Assembly: GCA_963808625.1 (NCBI GenBank)
Contig: CAWEHK010000024.1
Location: 1-64,000 of the forward strand
Length of the DNA stretch: 64,000 nt
From: an uncultured delta proteobacterium
GTDB lineage: Bacteria; Desulfobacterota; Syntrophobacteria; Syntrophobacterales; Syntrophobacteraceae
Reading direction: 5' to 3'
Shown: piece after piece, positions 52,390 through 64,000 of the stretch
Position numbering within the stretch: the first letter of the stretch is position 1
Layout of the letters: every line of letters begins with the position of its first letter
Notes under the pieces: generated by a model
The model's input: the letters and a program-made list of their open reading frames with translations, nothing else
Databases searched by the model: none
Told to the model about the DNA's origin: nothing
Made by a program: the position numbers and the translations under genes

Positions 52390-52613
52390 GGAGTCGAGTC
52401 GTGCGGAAAAGGGCAGCTTCCGGTCAATTCGGAGACTTCAAAGCATCTGCACTTTATTGTCCCCGCTGTAAACAAGCCATGCCGGTGCGAAGCCGGCTGT
52501 TGTTGTTCCTGCCTGATGGGGAATTGCACGAATATCTTTGCCAGGCGTGTGCTTCTTCCCTTGGGACCAAGACCGTCAGGCAGGCCCGCGAAGCGCAGCT
52601 TTACATGCCGTGA
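52386..52613 (+). CDS. Small zinc-ribbon protein
   Basis: CPRC..CQAC; GTGA overlap with the dnaJ stop codon. Confidence 0.65.
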   Translation: MRSRVVRKRAASGQFGDFKASALYCPRCKQAMPVRSRLLLFLPDGELHEYLCQACASSLGTKTVRQAREAQLYMP

Positions 52614-52692
52614 TGATCGCTGACGTCCTTTGACTTTGCCGATGAGCGTCCTGCAAAACCTCCAGACAATGAGTTGAAACGAGGGGTGGGTT

Positions 52693-53643
52693 ATGATTGA
52701 AGCGGAAGGCTTGACGAAATACTACGGTCCGCTGCCGGCCATCCGAGATGTAAATTTCACCGTCGAACGGGGTGAAGTGGTCGGTTTCCTGGGACCGAAC
52801 GGTGCCGGCAAGTCGACAACGATGCGGATTTTGACCTGTTATATGCCACCCACCATCGGCGTGGCGCGGATCGACGGCTTGGATTGCTTTGCCCGGTCGC
52901 TGGAGGTTCGCAGGAGGGTAGGCTACCTGCCGGAGAGCGTGCCTCTCTATGGCGAACTCACGGTAAAGGGCTTCCTACGTTTCGCGGCCGGGGCCAAAGA
53001 AGTCGAGGGGCGAAAGGTGGAGGGAGAAATCCGGCGGGTTGTCGCTATTTGCGGCCTGGAAAAAGCCGCCCATCGCATTATCAGCCACTTGTCCAAGGGC
53101 TTCAGGCAGCGTGTCGGCCTCGCCCAGGCCCTCCTGAACAACCCCCCGGTATTGGTCCTCGATGAACCGACCATCGGCCTGGATCCCGCGCAAATCATTG
53201 AAATTCGCCGCCTGATTCAGGACCTGCGGGCGGAGCACACCATTCTTCTAAGCAGCCATATCCTCCCGGAAGTGGCCCAGATCTGCCAGCGGGTGCTGAT
53301 TATCAATAAAGGCCAAATCGTGGCCACCGATACTCCTGCCAACTTGACCAGCCAGTTGCAGAAGTCCGCCCGGATCCAACTGCGAATTCGGGGGCAGGCC
53401 AACGAATTGGCTCCGGCTCTCGAAAATTTGGGAGCGGTTCAGAAAGTATCGCTGGTCGAGGCGGAGCCCGAGAGGTTGCTCGTCGAAACCGATCGCTCCC
53501 GGGACCTCAGGCCGGAGATCGCACGTCTGGTGGTCGGCAAGGGTATTGATCTCCTGGAGCTTAGACTTGTGGACCTGAGTCTTGAAGACATCTTCATGCA
53601 GTTGGTGACGGAAGAACCGTCTCAGGAGGAAACCCAATCATGA
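52693..53643 (+). CDS. ABC transporter ATP-binding protein (GldA-like)
   Basis: GPNGAGKST, LSKGFRQR, LDEPT. Confidence 0.93.
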   Translation: MIEAEGLTKYYGPLPAIRDVNFTVERGEVVGFLGPNGAGKSTTMRILTCYMPPTIGVARIDGLDCFARSLEVRRRVGYLPESVPLYGELTVKGFLRFAAGAKEVEGRKVEGEIRRVVAICGLEKAAHRIISHLSKGFRQRVGLAQALLNNPPVLVLDEPTIGLDPAQIIEIRRLIQDLRAEHTILLSSHILPEVAQICQRVLIINKGQIVATDTPANLTSQLQKSARIQLRIRGQANELAPALENLGAVQKVSLVEAEPERLLVETDRSRDLRPEIARLVVGKGIDLLELRLVDLSLEDIFMQLVTEEPSQEETQS

Positions 53644-54410
53644 AAGGCTTTCTCGCGGTTTATCGAAAAGAGCTTTACAGTTTTTTTGCACTCCCCGTCT
53701 TCTATGCCGTCGCTTTCACCTTCCTGCTTCTTTCCGGCTACTTCTTTTACAGTGCTATGGTCTACTACAACCTGCTCAGCTTTCAGGCCATCCAGAACCC
53801 CATGATGGCCAAGCAGATGAATCTCATGGAAATGGTCCTGCGGCCCTTCTTCTTTGACCTCAGCATTGTCCTTCTGCTGATTTCTCCGCTCCTGACCATG
53901 CGCCTCTTCGCCGAGGAGCGGAAAACAGGGACCATGGAACTGCTGCTCACCTATCCCCTGCCGGACCGGTCGATCATTCTTGCAAAATTTGCGGCGGTGG
54001 CAAGCGCCTTTGCGGTCATCATGGCAGGCACCCTCCCCGGTATGTTCCTTCTGAGTTACCTCGGCACCCCGGCCTGGAAGCCCATTTTCTGTGGTTACCT
54101 GGGAGTTTTGTTGCTCGGATGCGCATTCATGTCGCTGGGTATTTTCACCTCCTCGTTGACCCAGAATCAGATCATCGCGGCCGTGCTCTCTTTTGGGGCC
54201 CTTCTCATGCTCTGGGTGATCGGTTGGGCCAAGTCCTATGTCGGATCAGCCATGAGCGAGGTTATTGACTACCTTTCCGTCATCAAGCATTTCGATACCT
54301 TCGCAAAAGGGATAATCGACTCGAGAGATCTCCTCTATTACCTGATCTTCATCGTGTTTTTCCTCTTTCTTACGATGCGGCAGATGGCAACATACCGGTG
54401 GCGAGGCTAA
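53640..54410 (+). CDS. ABC-2 permease (GldF-like)
   Basis: PLLTMRLFAEERKTGTMELLLT, NQIIAA. Confidence 0.9.
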   Translation: MKGFLAVYRKELYSFFALPVFYAVAFTFLLLSGYFFYSAMVYYNLLSFQAIQNPMMAKQMNLMEMVLRPFFFDLSIVLLLISPLLTMRLFAEERKTGTMELLLTYPLPDRSIILAKFAAVASAFAVIMAGTLPGMFLLSYLGTPAWKPIFCGYLGVLLLGCAFMSLGIFTSSLTQNQIIAAVLSFGALLMLWVIGWAKSYVGSAMSEVIDYLSVIKHFDTFAKGIIDSRDLLYYLIFIVFFLFLTMRQMATYRWRG

Positions 54411-54424
54411 AGGAAAGGAACACC

Positions 54425-55868
54425 ATGGCAGGCATGAGCAAGTACAGTCGCATATGGAGCTACGGTTCGAGCACGGTGCTCGCAACGCTCTTCTTCGTGG
54501 GCATCCTGGTTTTTCTTGTGTTGATTGCAGAACGCCATCCATGGCGTGTCGATATGACGGAATCGGGAGCGTTCACGCTTTCCGAGCAGACCCGCAACAT
54601 TCTCAACGCCCTGGAACAACCGATCGAAATCAAAGCATTTTATGCAACCGCAGCGCCCGAAGAGGCGAAAGCAAAGGACGTCCTCGAAACCTATCGTTAC
54701 GCCGGCAGCAGGATCACTTATGAATTCATTGACCCCGACCGGCAGCCCGATATGGCTCGCCGGTTCGAGGTTCGCTCCTACGGGACCCTGGTGCTGGAAG
54801 GGTACGGCAAGAAGCAGTCCATCCAAAATGCCGATGAAGAAAGTATCACCAATGCCATCCTTAAGCTCAGCAGCAACGAACAGAAGAAGCTCTATTTCAC
54901 GATAGGCCACGGCGAACACTCGCTCGAGAAGAGCGATAAGGAAGGGTATTCGGGGTTGCGCGAGGCCTTGGAGAAAGAGAATCTGGTCGTGTCCGACCTG
55001 AATCTCTTCCAGCAGGCGCAGGTCCCTGCCGATGCGGCAGCGGTGATCATTGCCGGACCACAGAAGCCGTTCTTTCCCCAGGAGCTCGCGAGCCTGAAAG
55101 CATACCTCGAGGCGGGCGGCAAAATTGATGGCCCTCCTCGATCCCTACCAGGATGGGGGTCTCAGGCAATTCTTGAAAGACTACGGCATCGACCTGAATG
55201 ATGATGTCGTGATTGATAAACTCAGCCGGGTCTTTGGCGGCGACTATCTCATGCCGGTCGTGATGCAGTATGGTCATCACCGGATCACGGAGAACTTCGA
55301 TGTGGCGACATTCTATCCGGAAGCTCGGGCGGTGATTCCCGCCCAGGGACCCCCTGATGGTGTCCAGGTCGAGGTCCTTGCCTCAACCTCGGAAAACGCC
55401 TGGGCGGAGCGGGACCTGGAGATGCTCAAGGGCGGTGAGGCCGGATTTGACGAGAAAGAGGACATACTGGGGCCAATATCTTTGATTGTTCTCGCCGAAA
55501 TCGAACGCAAGCAAACGAGCCCGGCTGAATCCGGGGAGGTTCCGGGCAAAACGGGGAATGAACCGGCCGCCGACGACAACGAGACCAAACCAAATCCGGC
55601 GTTCCTGATTGTCGCGGGTGATTCGGATTTTGCCTCGAATACCTATTTCGGACTTTCCGGAAATGGGGACCTTTTCCTGAATATGGTTAACTTCCTTGTC
55701 GAGGAGAAGAACCTCATCACCATCAAGCCGCGCGGGAAGTCTCAACAGCCGATGCTGATGACGCAGACCCAGGCCTGGGGGGCGTTTCTGGTGGTGCTGG
55801 TGGCGGTGCCGCTGCTGGTTCTTGGCTCCGGTTTGGCGGTTTACCGGGTGCGGAGGTCCCAGCGATGA
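54425..55868 (+). CDS. GldG-family ABC auxiliary protein (frameshift near 55125)
   Basis: DMTESGAFTLSEQT, YFTIGHGE, IIAGP, GDSDF. Confidence 0.85.
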
Positions 55869-57245
55869 AGTGGCGAAGCTCCCTCGTCTATCTCTTGGTG
55901 CTCGTGCTGGTAGGTGGCTATTATTATTACTTTGAGGTCATTCAGAAAGAAAAGCAAGAAAAGGCGGCCAGCGAGGCCAGAAAGGTATTCCGGTTTCAGG
56001 CGGAGCAGGTGAGCACCCTTGCGATTAAATCCGGGGACCAGGAGACGGTTCAGTTAATTAAGGAAGGGCAATGGAGAATCGTTGAGCCGATCAAGGCAGA
56101 TGCGGATAAATCCTCCGTTGACGAATTTCTCGGCGCCTTATCGAAACTCGAAGCCGAGCGTGAAGTGGCTGCCGCTCCTGACGATCTGAAACCCTTTGGG
56201 CTTCTGAGCCCATCGCTCACCATCAGCTTTCAGGTCGGAGACCAAAAACTGGCCATGCTGGTTGGCGATAAAAACCCGGTGGGAGATGGTTCCTACGCCA
56301 AGACATCGGACCTGACAAGGGTGTTTCTGATCGCCGAGGGAAATCGCTCTGCTCTCAACAAGGGCCTCACCGAACTGAGAAAGAGGCAACTCTTCAGCTT
56401 TCAGCTGCCTGACGTGGCCGGCATGCAGGTGGCGTGGCGCGAAGGCAACGTGATAACCGTGGAACTGGCTCCGGATGAAAAGGGATGGAAAGCATCCGGG
56501 GACCCCGGGACGAAACTCAAGAAAAGCAAAGTGGACAACATCATAGAACAAATCCATTGGCTAAGGGCTCAGAATTTCTTGGAGAATGAACCTTTGAACC
56601 GGCCGGTTCATGGGTTGGGACCTCCTTTTGTGACGGTCACCCTGCGGCTCAAGTCGGGTGAGAACGCAGAGCTACGCCTGGGAAAGAAGGAGAACGATGC
56701 AAAGCAAATCGTCGCCCTGAGCTCGCAACTGCCGGCCGTAGTCCAGGTGGCCGGCAACATCCTGGACGACCTTCCAAAGGACCTTCCGGCTTTGGAGGAT
56801 CGTTCTCTGCTGGGACTTCAACACGGATGCGGTTAAGCAGGTTGAATGGCACGTGGCCGACTCCCAAGGCCATGTGGTCCAGTTGGACGAAAGCCGGTGG
56901 GGCCTAAAGAAGGGAGATGAAGAACCGCAGCCCATCGAGGACTCATGGCATGTCAGGTCGCTCCTGTGGGACCTTGGCGATGCTGAATATCTGAAGAAAC
57001 TCGACCCGGCGCCGCCTGTTCCGCTCCCACCCCATGGCAGGATTGAACTCAGGGATGCCGAAAAGAGCCTGCTGACCCTGAGCTGGGAGAAACCTCCCCA
57101 GGAAGGCCGCGATCCCGTCCCGGTCTGGATCCGGAAGGAAGGCGAACCGGCGGTCTGTGCAAATGTCGATGCAGCACTCCTCCGGCGGGTCGAAGCGGAC
57201 CTTGAGCGCCTCCTCCATCCTGAAAGAGCAGAGAGTAAGAAGTAG
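55865..57245 (+). CDS. DUF4340 domain protein (frameshift near 56815)
   Basis: WRIVEP..AD, FGL..P, GDKNP; follows the gldG-like gene. Confidence 0.8.
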
Positions 57246-57343
57246 GAAGTAAGGAGTAGGAAGCAGGAAGTAAGGAGTAAGAAGTAAGCAGTAGGGAGAA
57301 GGGAGTGAAGGGTGAAGGGAGAAGGGAGTGAAGGGTGAAGGGT
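57234..57343. repeat. Purine-rich heptamer tandem repeats (AGTAAGG / GGGTGAA)
   Basis: Seen directly between convergent operons. Confidence 0.7.
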
Positions 57344-57404
57344 GGGGCCCAGGGCGTTGGAATGTGGCAGCGAGATGTGGGGCAGGCTTTCCAGCCTGCC
57401 AAAC

Positions 57405-58208
57405 TTATATGCAAGCTAAAACAGCAGCGAAGGCATCCTGAATGAAATCAGAGGCCGGAGGGGAACACACTACCACGGAAAGGCCCACCGGAATCAACGC
57501 CAGCAAATGACTCACCGGAATCCGCGGCAGAGTCACCGGCCGGTCTTCACGATAGCCCCTGGCTGCTAAAGCCAGTGCCAGTTCATCGGCGCGGAGCAAA
57601 GACCGGCGAAAAAGCGGCAGCACCAGAAACTTGGCTTTGTGCAGGATGTTTCTACGCTGATTGCCCAAACGTGATCGGTTGGCCAGTGCCACTTCCTCGC
57701 GCTGATCCATGATCAGGGGGAGGAGCCTGAGGGTGAGGGTGACCATCAGAGCGATCCTCTGCGCCGGCAGGAACGGAAAGGGCTTCAGGAACCAGATCAG
57801 AGCATTTTGCAAGTCACGAGGTTTCGTGACCAGCGTGAACAGTACCCCGTAGCAAAGCATCAACGCCAGCCTCCAGCAGGTCAGCCCAGCAGCAAGCACA
57901 CTTGACTCGCTCACCGGAAGCCAGGAGAAGAAGGTCCTCTCCGCATCGGGAGAGCCCAGCACCTGCACCAGAAAAATGAAAAGCAAAAATATGGCCCAGG
58001 CCTTGAGGTCCTGCGCCATGGCTTTCACGGGCAGGCGGCAGGAGGCTGCAATACCCACCAGCAGAAGGGAAAAGAGCACGAGTGCCGGTTCGTTCATGTG
58101 AAGCAGGCCGAAGGTTGCCAGCACGAGGCCAAGAAACCGGCAGCGGGCATCCCAGCGATGCAGCAGCGAATTCCCTGGAAAATAGTGAAAAACTAATCCA
58201 GAAGCCAC
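57405..58208 (-). CDS. ECF transporter T component (BioN-like)
   Basis: SLLHRWDAR, LRLLP, ALAARGY. Confidence 0.88.
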   Translation of the reverse strand: MASGLVFHYFPGNSLLHRWDARCRFLGLVLATFGLLHMNEPALVLFSLLLVGIAASCRLPVKAMAQDLKAWAIFLLFIFLVQVLGSPDAERTFFSWLPVSESSVLAAGLTCWRLALMLCYGVLFTLVTKPRDLQNALIWFLKPFPFLPAQRIALMVTLTLRLLPLIMDQREEVALANRSRLGNQRRNILHKAKFLVLPLFRRSLLRADELALALAARGYREDRPVTLPRIPVSHLLALIPVGLSVVVCSPPASDFIQDAFAAVLACI

Positions 58209-58939
58209 GACACCGGTCTTTCTCCAAACAGGCTGTAGCAGGGTGGTCGAATGTTGTAGCGCCGCAGTTCGGGGATGATCGATTGCGGCGGGGCCAGGGC
58301 CTTCAATTCGCCGTTGGCGATCACGGCCACCCGATCAGCGTGGATAATCACTTTTTCCACATCATGAGTGGCCACAATAACCGTGTGGCCGTTCCCGTGC
58401 AGTTGCAGAATTTGTTCAAGCACCTGACGCACGCCACCGTAGTCCAGGTTGGCAAAGGGTTCATCGAAGACGAGGATGCGCGACTGCATGGCCAGGACCC
58501 CCGCAATGGCAACGCGGCGTTTTTCGCCGCCCGACAAAAGATGGCAGGGTCTGTGATGGAGACTTGCCAGACCAACCATGCTCAGCGCCGAGGCCACGCG
58601 ATCGCTCACCTCATCGGGGGCAAGTCCGAGGTTCTCCGGTCCAAAAGCAACGTCTTCCGCCACCGTTTCGCCGACAATTTGGCTGTCGGCGTCCTGAAAA
58701 ACCATACCCACGCGCTGCATCACCTGCCTTTCGGCTTTGACCGGATCCAGACCATCCACCCGTAGAATACCGGAAGAAGGTTTCAAGAGGCCGTTCAGGT
58801 GACGGATGAGCGTCGTCTTGCCGCTGCCGTTCGGACCGCAGACAAGCAAGAACTCCCCGTCGTGGATGTCGAGGGTGATGCCCTTCAGGGCAGGAGTTCC
58901 ATCCGGATATGAATAGGTAAGGTCCTGAATGCTGATCAT
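58193..58939 (-). CDS. ECF transporter ATPase (BioM-like)
   Basis: GPNGSGKTT, DVAFGPENLG, LSGGEKRRVAIAG. Confidence 0.92.
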   Translation of the reverse strand: MISIQDLTYSYPDGTPALKGITLDIHDGEFLLVCGPNGSGKTTLIRHLNGLLKPSSGILRVDGLDPVKAERQVMQRVGMVFQDADSQIVGETVAEDVAFGPENLGLAPDEVSDRVASALSMVGLASLHHRPCHLLSGGEKRRVAIAGVLAMQSRILVFDEPFANLDYGGVRQVLEQILQLHGNGHTVIVATHDVEKVIIHADRVAVIANGELKALAPPQSIIPELRRYNIRPPCYSLFGERPVSWLLD

Positions 58940-58943
58940 TTCA

Positions 58944-59021
58944 CCAACTATCAACCACCAACCACCAACCACCAACCATCAACCATCAACCATCAACCAC
59001 CAACCATCAACCATGAACCAT
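58944..59021. repeat. Heptamer tandem repeat (AACCACC/AACCATC)n
   Basis: About ten units inside the bio operon. Confidence 0.8.
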
Positions 59022-59571
59022 CAGTCACCGCTGCCAGTTGGTGTTTGACCACAGGCCGAATGGCCCGCGCCAGAAGAACTGCCGCCGCCGCTTTGAGCGC
59101 ATCGCCGGGAAGGAACGGAAGCATTCCCACCATTACCGCCTTTTCCCAGGACATACCCGTGACCAATTTAAGCCAGGGCACGCCAAGGAGATAAATCATC
59201 AGCGACCCGAGGAGAACCGCGAGGACGTCTCCCACCGTCGGATTCCGCAGGTTTTCGACCAGGAAACCAGTGACCAGGGCGCAAGCAGCAAACCCCAGGA
59301 GGTAACCCCCCGTCGGCCCCAGGAAGTGAGCCAGCCCGCCCTTGCCGCCGACGAAGACCGGCAGGCCGATGGCTCCGACCAGCAGATAGATCCCGACACT
59401 TGCCAGACCCCACCGGCTCCCAAGGAGCAGGCCGGCCAGGAGGACGAAGAGGTTCTGCAGCACCAGGGGCACGGGTCCCACGGGAAGAGGGATCTGGAGA
59501 TAGGCTCCGACCGCTATGAGTGCGGCCATGAGCGAGGCATATACAACGAGCTGCAATTGTTTCCGGTCCAC
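58993..59571 (-). CDS. bioY: Biotin transporter S component
   Basis: PVPLVLQ, GLPVF, GPTGGYLLGF, PFLPGD. Confidence 0.94.
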   Translation of the reverse strand: MDRKQLQLVVYASLMAALIAVGAYLQIPLPVGPVPLVLQNLFVLLAGLLLGSRWGLASVGIYLLVGAIGLPVFVGGKGGLAHFLGPTGGYLLGFAACALVTGFLVENLRNPTVGDVLAVLLGSLMIYLLGVPWLKLVTGMSWEKAVMVGMLPFLPGDALKAAAAVLLARAIRPVVKHQLAAVTDGSWLMVGG

Positions 59572-59745
59572 AGAACGTAACCTCCAGATCGAGTGTCTCT
59601 TCAGCGTACTGCATGGCAGGCTTTCCAGCCTGCCATGCCGAACCGGCCAAAAAGCGGGCTGGAAAGCCTGCCCCACAAATTAAGGCTCTCTGCGGGAAAC
59701 TTGTCGCACACGGAGAACAACTCTCTCGGCTGATAAAAATGGGAT

Positions 59746-59798
59746 GTTGGTTAACCTGTTTCGAAGCACAGGTTAACCAACTCTGAGAATGGTGTCAA
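59746..59798 (-). promoter_or_regulatory. BirA-type operator overlapping the sigma70 promoter of the bioY operon
   Basis: GTTGGTTAACC-N14-GGTTAACCAAC; on the minus strand TTGACA (59798-59793), 17 bp, TAACCT. Confidence 0.75.
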
Positions 59799-61562
59799 GA
59801 GGAGAGGGTTATTGTTGTTTGGTGGTTGTTTTTGCCGGGCGCGCTGCTCAGGGTATAGCTGAAAATGGTGCTTTTTGATTGCCAGAACTTCATGTAGTCT
59901 TTTGCCAGCACAAGGCTCACCACAAGCTGGGCCGTCCCGTCGTTGTTCAAGTCACCAATCCTGATGGCGGTCACCATGCCGTTGATTTCCCGGGTCTTCC
60001 AGTTTTCCACGAGCCCGAGTTGGTCCCAGGAGAGGGAGACAATTTCACTGCGGTCGTAAAATTTGAGCCCCTGCGCCAGGAACGATGCCATGATATCCAG
60101 GGTCCGGTTCGCCACGATCTCGGGAATGTCATCATGGTTCAAATCGGTAATCAGGACGGGGGAAGGGATAGAATAATAGTCGATATCGTTGAAGCGCAAG
60201 TCATTGACCTTGGCTTCAAAAGCGTTGGTCGTGCAGGCGAATTTCCGATCGCTTCTCCACATCTGGTCACCCGCTGAATTGAGGATGAGCAAATTGTTGG
60301 AACTGTCGATCAGGATTGTCTCTTCAGAACCGTCCTTCTTGATGTCGGCTTTGGCAAAGTTAAAGACATTGCAGCGGCTCGGGAGGTGCACCTGCACCAG
60401 GGGGGCAAGGCTGTCGCCCCGGAGTTGCATCTCATTGATTTCAGGCTGGAAGGCGCCCCTCGTCGAGTCGCCTTTCTGCTGTCCCAGAAGAACCTTACCG
60501 CGCTTTGGGAACTCAACCGTGTTGAGAAAGTAAGGCAGCCTGTCGCACACGACCTCCAGTTTGGAGCCTGCCATGCTGAGCACGAAGGAAGAAAGAAACT
60601 CTCTGCCATAGTCGGGCTGATTCTGTTGGATTTCGCTGGGCGTGGGTCGTGCACCGGTGCCTGTGCGCAGATTGGTAACGAAGATCTCCACCTTGCCATC
60701 GCGATTGATGTCAAACACTGATACCCAGAGGTAGCGATCCGTACTCAAACCGTTGAAGGTGGCAAGGGATCTCAGTCCTGCGCCTTCTTTCCGGTAAACC
60801 ATTATCTTATTCTGCGTGACCATAACCATTTCGGTGCGGCCATCGCCATCCAGATCCCCAATATCCATCCCGACAATGCCGCCCGGAAAGTCCTGGCTCC
60901 TCCAAAGCCCGGGCTGCCGGAGCGAGCCTTCGGGGGTTATTTCGATGAAATTGGGGTTAAGGTAGGAGATCTTGTCGCCGGGCAGCATCGTGGTGGGAAT
61001 GAGCAGTTCCGGATTGCGAGTGGAATAGGTTTCCTGCTCCGATGGGCGCGGCTTGACCCTTGTCCCCAGGTCGTGCAAAGACTTTCTGGTTGATTTCCTG
61101 GGCGAACTGATTGACCTGGGGGATCACATCGTCGAGAGACTTGGTCTGAGAGGAAAAGGTGAGGGGGTCGCCTTTCCCGGAGAGCGGGAGCATCTTGGCG
61201 TCGATGCTGACGGCCTGACCGGCACCCGTCAGACTGCCGAAGACCACGTAGTCGGCTTTTAGGGTCCGGCCGATCCGCTGCGCATCCTCCGAAGAAATGT
61301 CGGATTTCATCCCCCGAGTCGCCTGGTCAACTGCCGCCCGGTCCAGCACCTGGACTTTCCCTTCCCAACCCAGGCGGGATGTCAACATGTCCCTGATCCC
61401 GTCCTGCAGGTACATGAGTTGGGCGGGTGTGTGCATACTGAAAGGGAGAATCGCCAGCTTTACCGGTGTGCCGGCCGGTTCGGCTGCGGCCGAGGTCGTT
61501 GCGGTAAAGATGGACATAAGAAACATTACCACCAAAATCGTCGAAAGCCTTTTTACCACCAT
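59795..61562 (-). CDS. Exported FG-GAP/VCBS repeat protein with a TolB/CsgG-like N-terminal domain (frameshift near 61050)
   Basis: Signal peptide, LAILPF..ADYVVFGSLT, repeats GDLDGDG, DINRDG, DLNHDD, GDLNNDG. Confidence 0.8.
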
Positions 61563-62002
61563 GTTTCATTCCTCTGTGTTTAAGCTCACGATTGCCGGTT
61601 GATCCGAGTCCCTGAATGCTTACAGGCCCGTTTTTCAACGTAGGTCATTGCCATATACTCGATTGCCGCGATTTTGGAAATGGCAAAATGTGAGAGCATC
61701 GAGCCCTGAGGGTTTCAGAGAGAACACGCGAGGCATGATTTGAAAGGTTTCCTCTTGCCATGGTTTCCGGGCGCTCTGGGCGTGGCAATTGAAAATTGAA
61801 CAGCAATGTGAAAATTGTTTTTAATTCTTCTTGACATTTTATTTCTATACGTATATCAGAATTTCTTAAATTGTGTCAAAGGGGCTATTATTAACCTTCT
61901 TGAAAACGAAAGGGGGTGAGAGGCAAAAGATCGCGAGTTGGTGTTCTTTTGGGGCTAGTATTGTGGTGAACAAGAATCGATTAGTTTTTGAGGAGGAAGG
62001 AA

Positions 62003-63689
62003 ATGAGAAAGTTTCTCGTTCCGTCATTGGTTATCGCTTTAGCGCTGCTTATCGCAGTGCCGTCGTTCGCCCTTGAGGTCAAGTGGGGCGGCCTGTTCCG
62101 TGCCCGTGTGATCTCTCAGTCAGTTTTCGAGGGGAATCTGGTGGGATTATGGCTATGGCAATCCGCTCACGGGAGCGGGGCGATTGACCCCACTGCGATG
62201 AGTGCAAGGACATTTGATCTTTCACAGTCGACCAATCTCGACCTGACGCAACTTACCAAAACTCCCGCCAGGGAGCATCTTTCAACCCAAGCCCAATTAT
62301 CCCAACGCCGGCTACGCAAGGGGTGTACCCTATACGCAGCACCACAACCGTTTCGATCAGCGCCTGAGGATGTACATCGATTTCATCTCCAGCGAAAATC
62401 TGAAGGTCGTCACCAAATTTGAGACCCAATCCATCTGGGGTAGAAGCCACTACCTCAGAATAGCAATGGCGGCAAGCCAACACCGGTAGCGGTAATGTCG
62501 GCGCGGACTCCGGAATCCCTTAACGTGAAAAACGTCTACGCTGAATTTAAGATCCCCAACACGCCCCTTGCGGCGAGAGTGGGTGTGCAGGGTGTTGCCC
62601 TGTTAGACTCCTGGATTATTGACACGGATGTCTCCGGTGGGTTGATCATTGCGGACCTCAAGCCGGTCACGTTGATCCTCGGTTATGTCGCGGGTCAGAA
62701 TTATATCACCACGACCGAAGACGAGAACATCGATGACCTGGCAGGGGCCGTGATCTACAAGCAAGGGGGCTTCACCGCAGGTCTGGTCGGGTTGTGGCAG
62801 GATGCTCACAACACGCCTGCCAGCGTTTTCCCGACGCTGGCAGCAGCCTTCGATGATCCGCTGCAGGTCAGTGTTCCCGCTTCTACGGCGATTCCCAACC
62901 CCTACCAGTACATGGTGGTCAATGGTGCTGTTGCGAATGTGCCGCAGGTCCTTGCGCAGCAGAACGATCTCATCGATGTCGGTCTGCAATTGGGTTACAA
63001 GAACGATTTCTTGAGCGTTTACCTGAACGCCGTCAAGAACTTTGGTAGCGTACAGCTTGGCCCCAATGTGAACACGCTGTTCAATGCCGATTACAAAGGC
63101 TGGATGGTTGACGCGGGCGCGAACTGGTTCTGCGGGCCGTTTACCCTCAACGGCGGCGGTTTCTACACCTCCGGATCGGAGCTCACCCTGGTCACGAAGA
63201 ATGGCGGACTTCCGTCGAGTACCAATCCGCAAATCATTGCCAGTAACCTGGATATCGATGGCTTCACCTATCCGCTGACGCACCTCGAAGTACTTCTCGG
63301 AAATCATCGGTGGCGGTATCTTGGATAACATTGCTCCGAATGGTGGTTATTGGAGAGGCTATCCGAACCCGACCAACCTTTGGACCGTGACTGCCGGTGG
63401 TGCCTACCAGTTCCCCACGACCAAAGTGGCCCTGTCTTACTGGTATTTCGCAACGTCAAATGCGGTACCGTCCGAGTTTGACCCCACATTTGGGACGTGG
63501 AGTACGAGCACCAACCTCGGCCACGAAATCGACCTGAACATTACCCAGAACATCGTCGACAAGTTGAACCTTGACCTGGTCGGCGCTTATCTGTTCCAGG
63601 GCGATGCGTACCGGACCAAGACCCTTGGCGTCGATTACAACGATGACAATACCTATGAACTCGGCGCTCGCTTGCAGTGGGCCTGGTAA
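62003..63689 (+). CDS. Outer membrane porin-like beta-barrel (several frameshifts)
   Basis: Signal peptide, amphipathic strands, LGHEIDL, C-terminal YELGARLQWAW. Confidence 0.75.
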
Positions 63690-63719
63690 ATTCTGCGGCT
63701 AGTTTCTGCCATTAACCTT

Positions 63720-63754
63720 GAGACCGGGTGGTTCGCCATCCGGTCTCTTTTTTT
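63720..63754 (+). terminator. Intrinsic terminator
   Basis: GAGACCGGGTGG-TTCG-CCATCCGGTCTC-T7. Confidence 0.85.
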
Positions 63755-64000
63755 GCGTTTCCTCTTGTTCTACAACGAGGTTTCGGGAGGGAGCCTCAAT
63801 TCGTGGGGCAGGCTTTCCAGCCTGCCCTGCCGAACTGGCCAAAGGGCAGGCTGGAAAGCCTGCCCCACAGGGCTTGGACCCTCATCAAGGTCCCGTTGTA
63901 GTAATAGTTATTCCTCCTTTACTCTCCTCAGCGAGTCCTTTGCGCGTTCCTTTATCAAGTGGGTGCGTTGCCGAACCACAATCTCCCGGTTAACATGCCT

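Overview
This is a 64 kb chromosomal window from a GC-rich bacterium. Gene content and order suggest Desulfobacterota, probably Syntrophobacterales-like (inference). Bases ~1-5860 form an accessory island. It holds an IS1634-family transposase running off the left edge, a DUF4338 (DruA-like) gene, a highly structured non-coding stretch, and a decayed integron-like array with one good and two degenerate attC-like sites. One cassette is an inverted NYN/PIN RNase gene preceded by its own promoter, a two-hairpin RNA and a terminator, an architecture like type III toxin-antitoxin loci. The other cassette is a PD-(D/E)XK-like nuclease gene. The island ends with a divergent tyrosine recombinase whose body looks IS91-associated but whose C-terminus looks like IntI. 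The rest is mostly housekeeping: yggS, rlmB, gmk, remA, yicC, heptose kinase, divIVA, rplU-rpmA-obgE-proBA-nadD-rsfS, serA, ispE-tRNA-Gln-prs-rplY-pth, carD, a type II secretion cluster without gspG, lhgO, rpoZ, dnaJ, a GldAFG-like ABC system, a biotin ECF operon with a BirA-type operator, and a porin. Many intergenic REP, MITE and heptamer repeats are present. About 20 genes, including essential ones, are split by small indels. These are most likely sequencing or assembly errors, so pseudogene status cannot be judged. All product calls come from motif recognition by eye; no searches were run.
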